Positions 54,918-63,685 of a stretch of 64,000 bases of DNA are shown here, piece by piece (the first letter of the stretch is position 1; every line of letters starts with the position of its first letter). The translations under genes and the position numbers were made by a program. This DNA is from a virus: positions 122,865 through 186,864 of IMG/VR virus record IMGVR_UViG_3300049793_000366. One strand, written 5' to 3'. Below the pieces are notes generated by a model. The model was not told the origin of the DNA. It saw nothing but the letters and a program-made list of their open reading frames with translations, and did not search any database.

Positions 54918-55355
54918 ATGGAAATTTTAAATAGAAGAGCATATTACGATTATAGCATCATAGAACATTATGAAGCGGGTATTATGTTGACTGGTTCGGA
55001 GATAAAGTCAATACGAGGTGGTGAAGCAAACTTAAATGAAGCATATGTATTCATCAATAACGGCGAGGTATTCGTTAAGAATATGTACATTTCTAAATTT
55101 GAACAATCTTCATATTTGAACCATGAAGAAAAGCGTGATAGAAAATTATTACTTTCTAAAACTCAAATTTTAAAAATTGAAAAATATCTACAAACAAAAG
55201 GTACTGTGATTATACCGATAAAAGTATTTTTCAGCAAACGCTGGGCAAAACTAAAAATCGGAGTTGGTCGTGGTAAGAAAACCTACGATAAGAGAGAATC
55301 GATAAAAGAAAGAGAATCAAAAAGAGAATTGTCTCGACTGAACTCGAAAGTATAG
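54918..55355 (+). CDS. smpB: SsrA-binding protein SmpB
   Basis: Colinear with E. coli SmpB: NRRAYYDY, EAGIMLTGSEIKSIRGGEANL, GEVFV, KLKIGVGRGKKTYDKRESIKERE. Stop is TAG then TAA. Confidence 0.8.
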   Translation: MEILNRRAYYDYSIIEHYEAGIMLTGSEIKSIRGGEANLNEAYVFINNGEVFVKNMYISKFEQSSYLNHEEKRDRKLLLSKTQILKIEKYLQTKGTVIIPIKVFFSKRWAKLKIGVGRGKKTYDKRESIKERESKRELSRLNSKV

Positions 55356-55380
55356 TAAATATTTAGTTTTTTATATGTGA

Positions 55381-55408
55381 AACCGATGTCTAAAGCATCG
55401 GTTTTTTC
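55381..55408 (+). terminator. rho-independent terminator after smpB
   Basis: AACCGATG-TCTAAAG-CATCGGTT hairpin followed by TTTTT. Confidence 0.55.
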
Positions 55409-55466
55409 TTTATTGGATAAAATAAATAATATATACTCCATATATAAAAACAAGACCCATAGCACT

Positions 55467-56192
55467 ATGCCGAATTTAGAAGAGATACTTAATATGATCC
55501 AAAATCATGGAATTTTTACCACAATTTTATTTTTAGTTGGTATTGGATTTTGGGGTTTAATGAAAACAGCTTGGTTTAGTGATTTGGTTTCTAAATTTGG
55601 AGATGCACTTATTGGAAAACTTTTTAAGAAAAAAAAGCACAATGATTTAGTTGCGATTACTGAAGTGGAAATAATTAACCACGATATATTTAACTATATT
55701 GACTTGTGGCAATTCTCTATAATTCCAACTCTTAACTTTTCAACTGACTACAGAACCGTAGTATTTAGAAAGTATCTTAAAATATACTTACAGAAGCATA
55801 AAGAAAACTTAAGCAAGTTCATTACTGATGCTAAGTATAAAGATATGCCCGAATCTGAGCTTTGGAAGAGCTTTCTTCAATTGATTAATGATATTATTCA
55901 TGATTATGAGAAAGAGATGTCACACCAAGGAATTCCAGATGTAATCATCGAGAAGATGAAAGTTAAGAATAATGATACATTATCTCTTACTATTGATTTG
56001 ATTGAGGGTATTTGTAACTCACAATTCTATGGTTCTGAGAATAACTTACTAAAAGTCTATTCTATATTGAATATTATGTTATCTATACTTGAGAATACTG
56101 TCTCTGGTTCAGCCAATGTTTGTAACTCTATTAATGGTCAATTAGCAGGGTTGGAGATGGATGGACGAAAAGAACCGGATTCAAATCACTAA
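55467..56192 (+). CDS. hypothetical membrane protein (start re-called; track ORF begins at GTG 55377)
   Basis: The ATG at MPNLEEILNMIQ lies after the smpB terminator. The GTG-started 5' extension would encode the terminator hairpin itself. Confidence 0.45.
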   Translation: MPNLEEILNMIQNHGIFTTILFLVGIGFWGLMKTAWFSDLVSKFGDALIGKLFKKKKHNDLVAITEVEIINHDIFNYIDLWQFSIIPTLNFSTDYRTVVFRKYLKIYLQKHKENLSKFITDAKYKDMPESELWKSFLQLINDIIHDYEKEMSHQGIPDVIIEKMKVKNNDTLSLTIDLIEGICNSQFYGSENNLLKVYSILNIMLSILENTVSGSANVCNSINGQLAGLEMDGRKEPDSNH

Positions 56193-56236
56193 GACAGGGT
56201 GCTATTTAATATATAAAAAATAAACAACAAACAGCT

Positions 56237-56575
56237 ATGATTAAAGAAAACATTAATAAAATCGACCACGAACTAAAAGGTTTATTCGAAAACGTTACGA
56301 TTGAAGAAAAATCTGATAGAAATAGATTCTATTTTGAAATTAAGGTTTCTGGTTGTAAGCTGGATGAATCCCTGAGTGCTTGTGAAGTATCATTTCAAAT
56401 CGATAAAGGTGATTTGACTGGTAAAGAAATTAAGTGGAATTATTGGGCTAACCCTAAAACACAAGAATATCAAGTACCTCGCTTATCTCACGTTGACTAT
56501 ATCACAAAGGATATATCAGATGTTGTAATGAAGGGTAGATTAGATGCTGACTATTTGAGCGGCTTAAAAAAATAA
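56237..56575 (+). CDS. hypothetical protein
   Basis: 112 aa ORF. Confidence 0.5.
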   Translation: MIKENINKIDHELKGLFENVTIEEKSDRNRFYFEIKVSGCKLDESLSACEVSFQIDKGDLTGKEIKWNYWANPKTQEYQVPRLSHVDYITKDISDVVMKGRLDADYLSGLKK

Positions 56576-56584
56576 CTATAAATA

Positions 56585-58303
56585 GTGAATCTTAGTGAAA
56601 TTACATATAGTAAAGTTAGAGCGGAAATAGAAACGTACTTAAAAGACACCTATAATAAGGCTGGTGTTTTATTTTCACCTGCTTCGCCGTATGGTCAAAT
56701 ATTGAATGTGATGGAGAGTTTATATCAATATTCATTCCTTTACTTAAAGAACTCTATTAATCAATTCGACCTTAGCTTACCAAACTCTAATAATAAAAAG
56801 ATTATTAGAAATGCTGCTATTTTCGCAGGACACATACCTGGTCGCTCTATATCTGCTACTGGAACACTTAGATTTCACTTAAAGTCTGATATTGATATTG
56901 AAAAAGAAATACCTGGAAATAGAATAACATTATTTGATAAGACAGCTATTAAGAATAAACAAAATGGTTTAGAATATATCATTAATCTTGGTGCTGAGAA
57001 AATATCATATAAAGTATCACCGGGATTTCAATTCTTCGCGAGTCTTACACAAGGTAAGTGGGACACCCAGATTTTAACTGGTAGTGGTCAACAAAATCAA
57101 ACATTCCAGATTAATAATCCTGGTGGTCAAAAGGAGATTGAGAATTTCAATATCACTGTGACTGTAAATGGTGACTTATGGGTGGTTAAAAAGCATCTAT
57201 ATGATATGTTACCAGATGAGAACGCTTGTGTTGTTAGAACAGGGTTTAATGGTGGTATAGACGTTATATTTGGTAATGGTGGCTTCGGTGCTATTCCAAC
57301 TTTAGGAGCTGAAATAAAAGTGTCGTATATTATAACTGATGGTTCGAGAGGATCTATTTTCAGAAGAACATTAAATGATTGGAAGATATTGGATAATGTT
57401 ATGGATGGATTTGGAAACACTATCGACTTAGCTAAGATATTTGACATCTATATACACACTGACATTAACTTTGGTGCTGATTCAGAGTCAATTCAATTTA
57501 CAAAAAATGTATTACCAATCGTAAGTAATAACTTCGTACTTGGTTTACCTCAGCAATATGCTTATGAAATTAAGAAGCTGGGAGTATTCTCACATATAAA
57601 TGCATATGAAAAAGATGGTGTAATACACGTTGTTGCTACACCGAATATTAAAGTATTTAAAAATCAGAATGCTAATTACTTTACAGTTGATAAGAGAGCA
57701 TTTGAATTAGATACTTATGAGAAGATTAAGATTGATAAGTATCTTAGAACTGCTGGTAATATACAATTAACAAGAAAGTATAAGATAGTAGCACCAGTTT
57801 TATCATATTATATTATGAACGTATTTGTTATAACATATTCTGATTCAATTGATGATAATGTTAATAATCAAATCTATGATAAGGTATCTGAATACTTCTT
57901 AAATTTAAGTCGTTTGAATAGAATACCAAAACTTGATTTAATAAAAGAGTTATCATCGATTGATGATATACACTCTGTTGATATTCAATTTGTATCGAAG
58001 AAGAATGAAGATTATCACAAGTCTAATAAGATAAATGATGCCAATAGACGTAATCAATTCGCTGCTAAAGGCGCATTGCGTTTAAGCAGACCTTTCATTG
58101 GATATGATAAGAGTAAAGTTCTTGGTATAGATCCAGTCATGGGTGATATTATGTATGATAGTGAAGAGCTACCAATTATCAGAGGTGGTTGGTATGATAG
58201 AAACAATATTTATTACTCAGATAACGTAACATCAAGTGGATTCAGCTCAGTTAATATTATTAAAAAGGGAGTGGTTGATGCTAAACAAAGACCTAAATTC
58301 TAA
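56585..58303 (+). CDS. hypothetical protein (GTG start)
   Basis: 572 aa. No upstream ATG in frame (a TAA lies 2 codons upstream). Confidence 0.55.
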   Translation: MNLSEITYSKVRAEIETYLKDTYNKAGVLFSPASPYGQILNVMESLYQYSFLYLKNSINQFDLSLPNSNNKKIIRNAAIFAGHIPGRSISATGTLRFHLKSDIDIEKEIPGNRITLFDKTAIKNKQNGLEYIINLGAEKISYKVSPGFQFFASLTQGKWDTQILTGSGQQNQTFQINNPGGQKEIENFNITVTVNGDLWVVKKHLYDMLPDENACVVRTGFNGGIDVIFGNGGFGAIPTLGAEIKVSYIITDGSRGSIFRRTLNDWKILDNVMDGFGNTIDLAKIFDIYIHTDINFGADSESIQFTKNVLPIVSNNFVLGLPQQYAYEIKKLGVFSHINAYEKDGVIHVVATPNIKVFKNQNANYFTVDKRAFELDTYEKIKIDKYLRTAGNIQLTRKYKIVAPVLSYYIMNVFVITYSDSIDDNVNNQIYDKVSEYFLNLSRLNRIPKLDLIKELSSIDDIHSVDIQFVSKKNEDYHKSNKINDANRRNQFAAKGALRLSRPFIGYDKSKVLGIDPVMGDIMYDSEELPIIRGGWYDRNNIYYSDNVTSSGFSSVNIIKKGVVDAKQRPKF

Positions 58304-58305
58304 AT

Positions 58306-58560
58306 ATGCTATACGAAGATAAAGACATACCAGAGCTTCATTATATGAAGCACAGACATGATAACGTTAAGGGTACGCATAATTGGTGGGACACTATTTT
58401 AAGAAAGAACATCTCATCTTATATGTATAACAATAGTTTGATGGAGAAATATTTGGATAAATTGCAAAAACCTTTGACATTATTCTTCGACCAACACAAT
58501 ATTATAAAGAATTTTAAGAATTATATAGTAGATAAGTATCATTATAAGCATCCCGACTAA
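58306..58560 (+). CDS. hypothetical protein
   Basis: 84 aa ORF. Confidence 0.45.
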   Translation: MLYEDKDIPELHYMKHRHDNVKGTHNWWDTILRKNISSYMYNNSLMEKYLDKLQKPLTLFFDQHNIIKNFKNYIVDKYHYKHPD

Positions 58561-58638
58561 ACATAAGTCGAAAAAGTAATAAAATAGAGGTATACATTTT
58601 AATATATAATTAATAATAAAAAATAAGATAAATCGAAG

Positions 58639-59325
58639 ATGCTTAGAAAACCAAGCGAGGGAAATAGAAAAATTGATGGGTTTAAGAAATTTACCGAGTT
58701 GAAAGGCGGTAAAGCTAAATCTTCTAAAGAGGCTGATGAATTTGAAGCTGAAATGGAAGAGCAACCTCTTGATGGTAGTGAGCTTCCTGGTAATCCAAAC
58801 TTACCAGAAGAAACTTCATACACTCAAGGTAAGAAACCTTCTACTAAGAGTCCTAAGAGTATGTCTACTAAGCCAATCCAACCTGAGGAATTCGAAGGTG
58901 AAGATGATGACGATGATGACGATGAAGAGTTAAACGAAGATACCAAAGTTAGAATGATTGGTAAAGTTGCTAAATTCCCTAAAAAGGTAAAAGCATCTAA
59001 AGCGTATAACTTCCTTGAGAACGTAAAGATTTCTAAAAATTCTATTTGGTACATTATGGTTGAGAAACAAGATAATGAACTTCAAATGGTTAAGTATAAT
59101 TATAAAAAAGGTGTTGATTTAGTTAAGTTTGTTAACGAATTAAAGGGCTTTTATATTAGTAAATATGGTAAAATGAATAAAGATTTACCTAAGATACTTG
59201 AGAAAATAGAAGTTGATGGTACAGATAAGTATTCAACAATTAAAAATATCCCTTTAATCGAGTTGGGTGGTCGAAAGCTTATCGGCATCATCACTGAAGA
59301 CTTAATTAAGTTATTAAGTAAATAA
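58639..59325 (+). CDS. hypothetical protein with poly-acidic tract
   Basis: EGEDDDDDDDEELNED run with a Lys-rich N-terminus. Confidence 0.5.
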   Translation: MLRKPSEGNRKIDGFKKFTELKGGKAKSSKEADEFEAEMEEQPLDGSELPGNPNLPEETSYTQGKKPSTKSPKSMSTKPIQPEEFEGEDDDDDDDEELNEDTKVRMIGKVAKFPKKVKASKAYNFLENVKISKNSIWYIMVEKQDNELQMVKYNYKKGVDLVKFVNELKGFYISKYGKMNKDLPKILEKIEVDGTDKYSTIKNIPLIELGGRKLIGIITEDLIKLLSK

Positions 59326-59328
59326 TTT

Positions 59329-59356
59329 TAAAACCCTCTATTGAGGGTTTTTTTAT
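59329..59356 (+). terminator. rho-independent terminator
   Basis: CCCTCTATTGAGGG hairpin followed by TTTTTTT. Confidence 0.6.
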
Positions 59357-59375
59357 GAAATAAAAGTAACAGAAA

Positions 59376-59639
59376 ATGCAAGAAGTATTAGAGAAAGTAG
59401 CAGAAGAAATTAAAAGACCTAAGAGTAGGAGAAGAAAAAAGGTAGTAAGGCTCATCACACCGGAGTTGATATCTGATATTGAGTCTGAGATAATAAAGAT
59501 TGATTATTACTTAACTGGTAAATGCATACAGTTGCGTGGTAAGGGTTATCGTCCAAACGATGCTGATGAAGACCAACCAAAAAGACTCAGGTTAGAATAT
59601 TTAAGGGAGTTGAGGTTGAGGCTAATGCAATTGTCGTAA
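59376..59639 (+). CDS. small basic protein
   Basis: 87 aa, Arg/Lys-rich. Confidence 0.45.
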   Translation: MQEVLEKVAEEIKRPKSRRRKKVVRLITPELISDIESEIIKIDYYLTGKCIQLRGKGYRPNDADEDQPKRLRLEYLRELRLRLMQLS

Positions 59640-59993
59640 TTTATAATCACGTATATTGTCTAATCCAACTATCAATTCATTACCACTATACGTGACACCG
59701 TTTGATAGTACAAATGTTGCGTTATCATTATTTGAATCTTCATTTAGTGTAAGCTTTGAGTGGCTTATTCGATGGTCAAGTAAACCCTTATCATTATAGA
59801 ACATTTCAACGGATACCTTGTTGTTACAATTTATATTGGTTGCTGACGGGTCAATCATACTTTGTGCAATTTTATCAAAACCATCTGGTAGAGTTAATTC
59901 AATTGACATCATGAGGCGTTTGTTTTCTATCGTGAATACTTCGCCAGTTTCTTTAACTAAAGCCTGTTCTTTATTTTCCATCGATATAAACAA
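59622..59993 (-). CDS. hypothetical protein
   Basis: 123 aa ending in TAG. Its 3' end overlaps the convergent gene by ~18 nt. Confidence 0.45.
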   Translation of the reverse strand: MFISMENKEQALVKETGEVFTIENKRLMMSIELTLPDGFDKIAQSMIDPSATNINCNNKVSVEMFYNDKGLLDHRISHSKLTLNEDSNNDNATFVLSNGVTYSGNELIVGLDNIRDYKLRQLH

Positions 59994-60195
59994 TTTCTGG
60001 GTTATCTTGTGGTTTCCATCTACGTAGTGATACTATCTTGTCTGGTTCGTTAAATACACGAGCATCTGAGACTTTATCTGTCCAAATTGGACCATCTGAT
60101 TTTAGCCCAGCAAAATACATAGCATCTTTATTCATAATCCAAAAGTCTCGTTTTGGTTCTGATACTATATTAACTTTTAATTTATACTTAGACAC
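59971..60195 (-). CDS. hypothetical protein
   Basis: 74 aa ORF. Confidence 0.45.
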   Translation of the reverse strand: MSKYKLKVNIVSEPKRDFWIMNKDAMYFAGLKSDGPIWTDKVSDARVFNEPDKIVSLRRWKPQDNPEIVYIDGK

Positions 60196-61209
60196 TTATT
60201 CAGCGAATGAAAGGTTAAGCTGTTCGATTGATTGTTTCTCTTCAAGACTAATAATAGCCCTTGCTATCATTTTGTCGCATGATATAACGTGTAACTTGTC
60301 GGATTGTTTATTAACAGCTATTGTGTCTGATATAATCAATTCAGTTAATACAGAAGAGTTAAGATTCTCGATAGCATTTCCGGATAGAATACCATGTGTA
60401 GCAATAGCACGTACTGACCTAGCACCATTTTCCATTACCAACTCACTTGCTTTCTTTAAAGTACCTAATGTATCAGCCATATCATCTATGATAACAACAT
60501 TGCGGTCTTTTACATCAGCACCCATTAATTCCATTGAATGAATTTCATTTGGTTTAACTCGGCGTTTATTTATCTGAGCGAAGTGTGCTTCTGGGAAATA
60601 TTTAGCAAAGTCTAATGCTCTTTTTACACCACCTTGGTCTGGTGACATTATTGTTAGATTTTCAAGAGCAAGTGACTTGATGTAGTTTGTGAAAATTTTA
60701 CCACCATTTAAGTGAATAACTGGTATGTTGAAGAATCCTTGAATTGCAGATGCGTGTAAATCAATTGTGATGATTCGTGTTGCTCCACCTCTTTCATAGG
60801 CATCAGCCATAACCCTTGCTCCAATTGATGAACGAAGGTGGTCTACCTTATCTTGACGTGAGTAACCATAATATGGTGTCACGAGTGTTATTTCTTTAGC
60901 ACCAGCTCTTTTAGCAGCATCTAATATCAACATAGTTTCCACGATAGAATCAGAAGAACTTGTTGTTTGTATAATATAGATATCTTTACCACGCACAGAC
61001 TCATTGAAAGTTGGGAATATCTCACCATCTTTGAATTTCTCAATCTTTAAATCACCAAGACCCGTACTTTGTGGTGTCAGTAGACTTGTAGCTTGTTGCG
61101 ACAATACGATTTTATTAATACTATCAGCGAGTGATTCGCTTGATGTTCCAGAAAAAATAGTGAATGTGTTCATAATAGTGGTATTAATTTTTTGATGAAA
61201 TGTTTTCAT
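60196..61209 (-). CDS. prs: ribose-phosphate pyrophosphokinase (PRPP synthetase)
   Basis: Colinear with E. coli Prs: FKDGEIF, YYGYSRQDK, IITIDLHASAIQGFFNIPVIHL, PRPP-binding loop VVIIDDMADTLGTL. Confidence 0.85.
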   Translation of the reverse strand: MKTFHQKINTTIMNTFTIFSGTSSESLADSINKIVLSQQATSLLTPQSTGLGDLKIEKFKDGEIFPTFNESVRGKDIYIIQTTSSSDSIVETMLILDAAKRAGAKEITLVTPYYGYSRQDKVDHLRSSIGARVMADAYERGGATRIITIDLHASAIQGFFNIPVIHLNGGKIFTNYIKSLALENLTIMSPDQGGVKRALDFAKYFPEAHFAQINKRRVKPNEIHSMELMGADVKDRNVVIIDDMADTLGTLKKASELVMENGARSVRAIATHGILSGNAIENLNSSVLTELIISDTIAVNKQSDKLHVISCDKMIARAIISLEEKQSIEQLNLSFAE

Positions 61210-61705
61210 TTAATAAAGAATTAAGTGTTATATCTCTATATACAGCTTGTAGTGTTGATTCATATACTTCATCATCATAAATGAATGTATCTGGTTTTAT
61301 AAATTGTGCTAGCTTTAATCCTCTGTACATAAACCCATTTGTAGTTAATTCCGGGTCTTCTTCTGTCAATACGAATGGTATGCTAATTGTGAATGATTCT
61401 ATGGTTATGTCAGATGGGTATATTGCTGGTAGTGATGGAAATCCTGTATTTGAACTGAAAAAGAAATATGATGCTTCTGTGCTTTTTGGTGTTGAAAATA
61501 TTGTATTGGTGTGTATTGGTGTGTTGTTGAAGCTTAGTGTGATACTCAGCGGATAACCTTCTGGTGTTTTTATAAATTTAGATTTGAAGTTCTTATCTAT
61601 TTCTTTAAAAATACCATCTTTGATTACAAGTTCAGTTAGGTCGATTTCCTCACTGGTTCTGTAAACGTCAATACTTACTGTTTTATAATTATATTTTCTC
61701 GTCAC
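61184..61705 (-). CDS. hypothetical protein
   Basis: 173 aa ORF. Confidence 0.5.
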   Translation of the reverse strand: MTRKYNYKTVSIDVYRTSEEIDLTELVIKDGIFKEIDKNFKSKFIKTPEGYPLSITLSFNNTPIHTNTIFSTPKSTEASYFFFSSNTGFPSLPAIYPSDITIESFTISIPFVLTEEDPELTTNGFMYRGLKLAQFIKPDTFIYDDEVYESTLQAVYRDITLNSLLNENISSKN

Positions 61706-62054
61706 TTAGAACTTCATTAAGTTTGTTTCCTCTGTAAATTGACTTATTTGGTTTAGTCGTTTTATATATCTTATTAAGCCAAGTACCTAAGTCTAAAGCT
61801 TGTCTTGAATTATAATAATGTGAAGACCTCTCGCTATAAAATTTGCTATGAATATCTTCTTGTTCATGTTCCTCGAAAGAGTCCCACCATACAGGATCTA
61901 TTAGCATTTTAACCTGAGTACCAAATGTTTTTAATTGCCTTTTCTTCTCACGTCTTCTCGCTCTATCATTATGATATTGAGAATCTTCGTTGTCTTGCTT
62001 TTCTCTCCAACGTTGTACTTGAGGTTCATTTAAATATCTGTTATTTTTCATCAT
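61689..62054 (-). CDS. hypothetical basic protein
   Basis: 121 aa, Arg/Lys/Glu-rich N-terminus. Confidence 0.5.
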   Translation of the reverse strand: MMKNNRYLNEPQVQRWREKQDNEDSQYHNDRARRREKKRQLKTFGTQVKMLIDPVWWDSFEEHEQEDIHSKFYSERSSHYYNSRQALDLGTWLNKIYKTTKPNKSIYRGNKLNEVLSDEKI

Positions 62055-62685
62055 TCAGTTTTGCTTTTTTCCAATTTTTAGTCCAGTGAACATCTGTTTG
62101 TACGTGTCCTTTTCTTACCCACTTCATAACACTTGTTGAAAAATCATCGTTGTGAAATGCGTCAGCTTTTCTTATAACAATACCTTCTCTTTTTCCACCA
62201 AGTATAGACTCTTTTTGTGATAACTCTTCTACGGTGCTTCTGAGTTCTTTCTCATTGGTGATAATACCATTGAAGAGTACGGGTGTTGTCGGAAGGTCTA
62301 AAAGAAATGAATATTCTTCAACAGTAGACCATGGTACCCATATTTCACCATCGCGTACACCGAACATATAAAAATATGATTTTAGATTTGAATATTCGAT
62401 AGAGTGTATACCATACATATTCTCACCGAAGATGTAAGTATCTAAATCTATTGAAAGTTTTATGCGTTGCCATATATCCCACATTGGTCTATCCCAAGCA
62501 TTTTCGGAGTGAGCGGCATGAGAACGTCCGAATACACCGTATCTTTCAAGTGTTGTGTTGGAGCCATCAAGTTTTTCAGTTATGATAACTGGTATATTCA
62601 ATAGTGAATCTACTGAATGTGAAATACGGTCATCCGATGTAGCACCGGGTGAGAACGGTAAGTGGTATGTTCTTGCGTATTTCAT
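62041..62685 (-). CDS. ATP-dependent RNA ligase (Rnl2-like nucleotidyltransferase domain)
   Basis: Motif I EKLDGSN (KxDG), motif III IFGENMYG, motif IV REGIVIRK and motif V VMKWVRKGH, in the same order and spacing as the T4 Rnl2 NTase domain. Confidence 0.6.
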   Translation of the reverse strand: MKYARTYHLPFSPGATSDDRISHSVDSLLNIPVIITEKLDGSNTTLERYGVFGRSHAAHSENAWDRPMWDIWQRIKLSIDLDTYIFGENMYGIHSIEYSNLKSYFYMFGVRDGEIWVPWSTVEEYSFLLDLPTTPVLFNGIITNEKELRSTVEELSQKESILGGKREGIVIRKADAFHNDDFSTSVMKWVRKGHVQTDVHWTKNWKKAKLNDEK

Positions 62686-62748
62686 AGAACAAATATACGG
62701 AAAAACTATTAATTAACCAAGAATTATGGACAATAAAAAAAGACGCAA

Positions 62749-62982
62749 TTAAGCGTCTTTTTCTAATATTTCTGATAATCTTCTATCTCTATCTTCAAGT
62801 CTCTCTTCTATTATCCGTAACCTATCCGCTGCATTTCTATCCATAATTTCATACCAAGTGCCTGATTTATAGCTCATTACACGCTCTGATTTTATATCAA
62901 AGTAACAATCACCGTCCACTGGATTCGTGGGTTGTGATTGGTGGAATGTAACATCCACGAGTGTATAATCACTAATAGACAT
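62749..62982 (-). CDS. hypothetical protein
   Basis: 77 aa ORF. Confidence 0.45.
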   Translation of the reverse strand: MSISDYTLVDVTFHQSQPTNPVDGDCYFDIKSERVMSYKSGTWYEIMDRNAADRLRIIEERLEDRDRRLSEILEKDA

Positions 62983-63631
62983 TTCCTAATCCACCGCTTT
63001 GTGGACCTCCTGTTTGCTTTGGTGTGTCCATTTGAATTACAGCACGAGGTTCTGGTTTAAGTTCAACTGTGCCTGTTTCTTCATCCCATTTAACATCAGC
63101 CTTGTAGTCATTTATGATGGTTTGAACATCATCAGTTTGTGTGCTTTCATCAGTGCTTTCATTATTGTAGATGATTTCACCTAATGATGCTGGTGAATAG
63201 TTTATAGACTTTAATACTTTGTTGTCTTTGGTTCTGAATACAATGAATCTACCTTCTGATTCTTCTATGTGTGCTTCAGTGTTATCCTTCTGTTTATAAA
63301 ACTCAACTGTTTTTTGTGCTTCTTCTCGTGTCTCACAAGATTTGCTCATGTTGCTTCTGTGTACTTCATCGGATAATGCTGGGAATTTATTACCTAATCC
63401 AAATTCTAATACAGCACCGCTTAAAACATATTGTAAGTCAGCTAAGGCATCTGCAATTTCGATGATGTTGTAGTTATTAATTGCTTCTTTTAACTCATCT
63501 AATTCTTCTTGTAAAAGACTAACACGTAAGTCACATCTGTCCTGTGGTGGTATTTGTGGTGTATCTAAGATTGGAGCCTTGTTCGTCTTATGAAACTCAG
63601 CTACCTGATTGAGTGTGTCTAATTTATCCAT
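62972..63631 (-). CDS. MazG-like nucleotide pyrophosphohydrolase domain protein
   Basis: LLQEELDELKEAI...IEIADALADLQYVL matches the MazG/HisE-type EExxE...E/DxxD helical motifs. Ends TAG then TGA. Confidence 0.5.
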   Translation of the reverse strand: MDKLDTLNQVAEFHKTNKAPILDTPQIPPQDRCDLRVSLLQEELDELKEAINNYNIIEIADALADLQYVLSGAVLEFGLGNKFPALSDEVHRSNMSKSCETREEAQKTVEFYKQKDNTEAHIEESEGRFIVFRTKDNKVLKSINYSPASLGEIIYNNESTDESTQTDDVQTIINDYKADVKWDEETGTVELKPEPRAVIQMDTPKQTGGPQSGGLGNVY

Positions 63632-63685
63632 TTCTATTTATTGATTTTAATATATAATATCACAAAAATTCAATAAAGTTTACTT

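Noticed and set aside
4601-63631. TAG stops followed immediately by a second in-frame stop (TAG-TAA after 4601..5080, smpB and the ATPase; TAG-TGA after 62972..63631) as evidence for TAG suppression
   Set aside because: Tandem stops are equally common after TAA-terminated genes in this AT-rich genome (for example 31047..32969, 43647..43997, 46690..47115, 54226..54762). TAG ends about 10 genes at sensible boundaries. This is not independent evidence for recoding; only the PTH2 case is retained as a finding.
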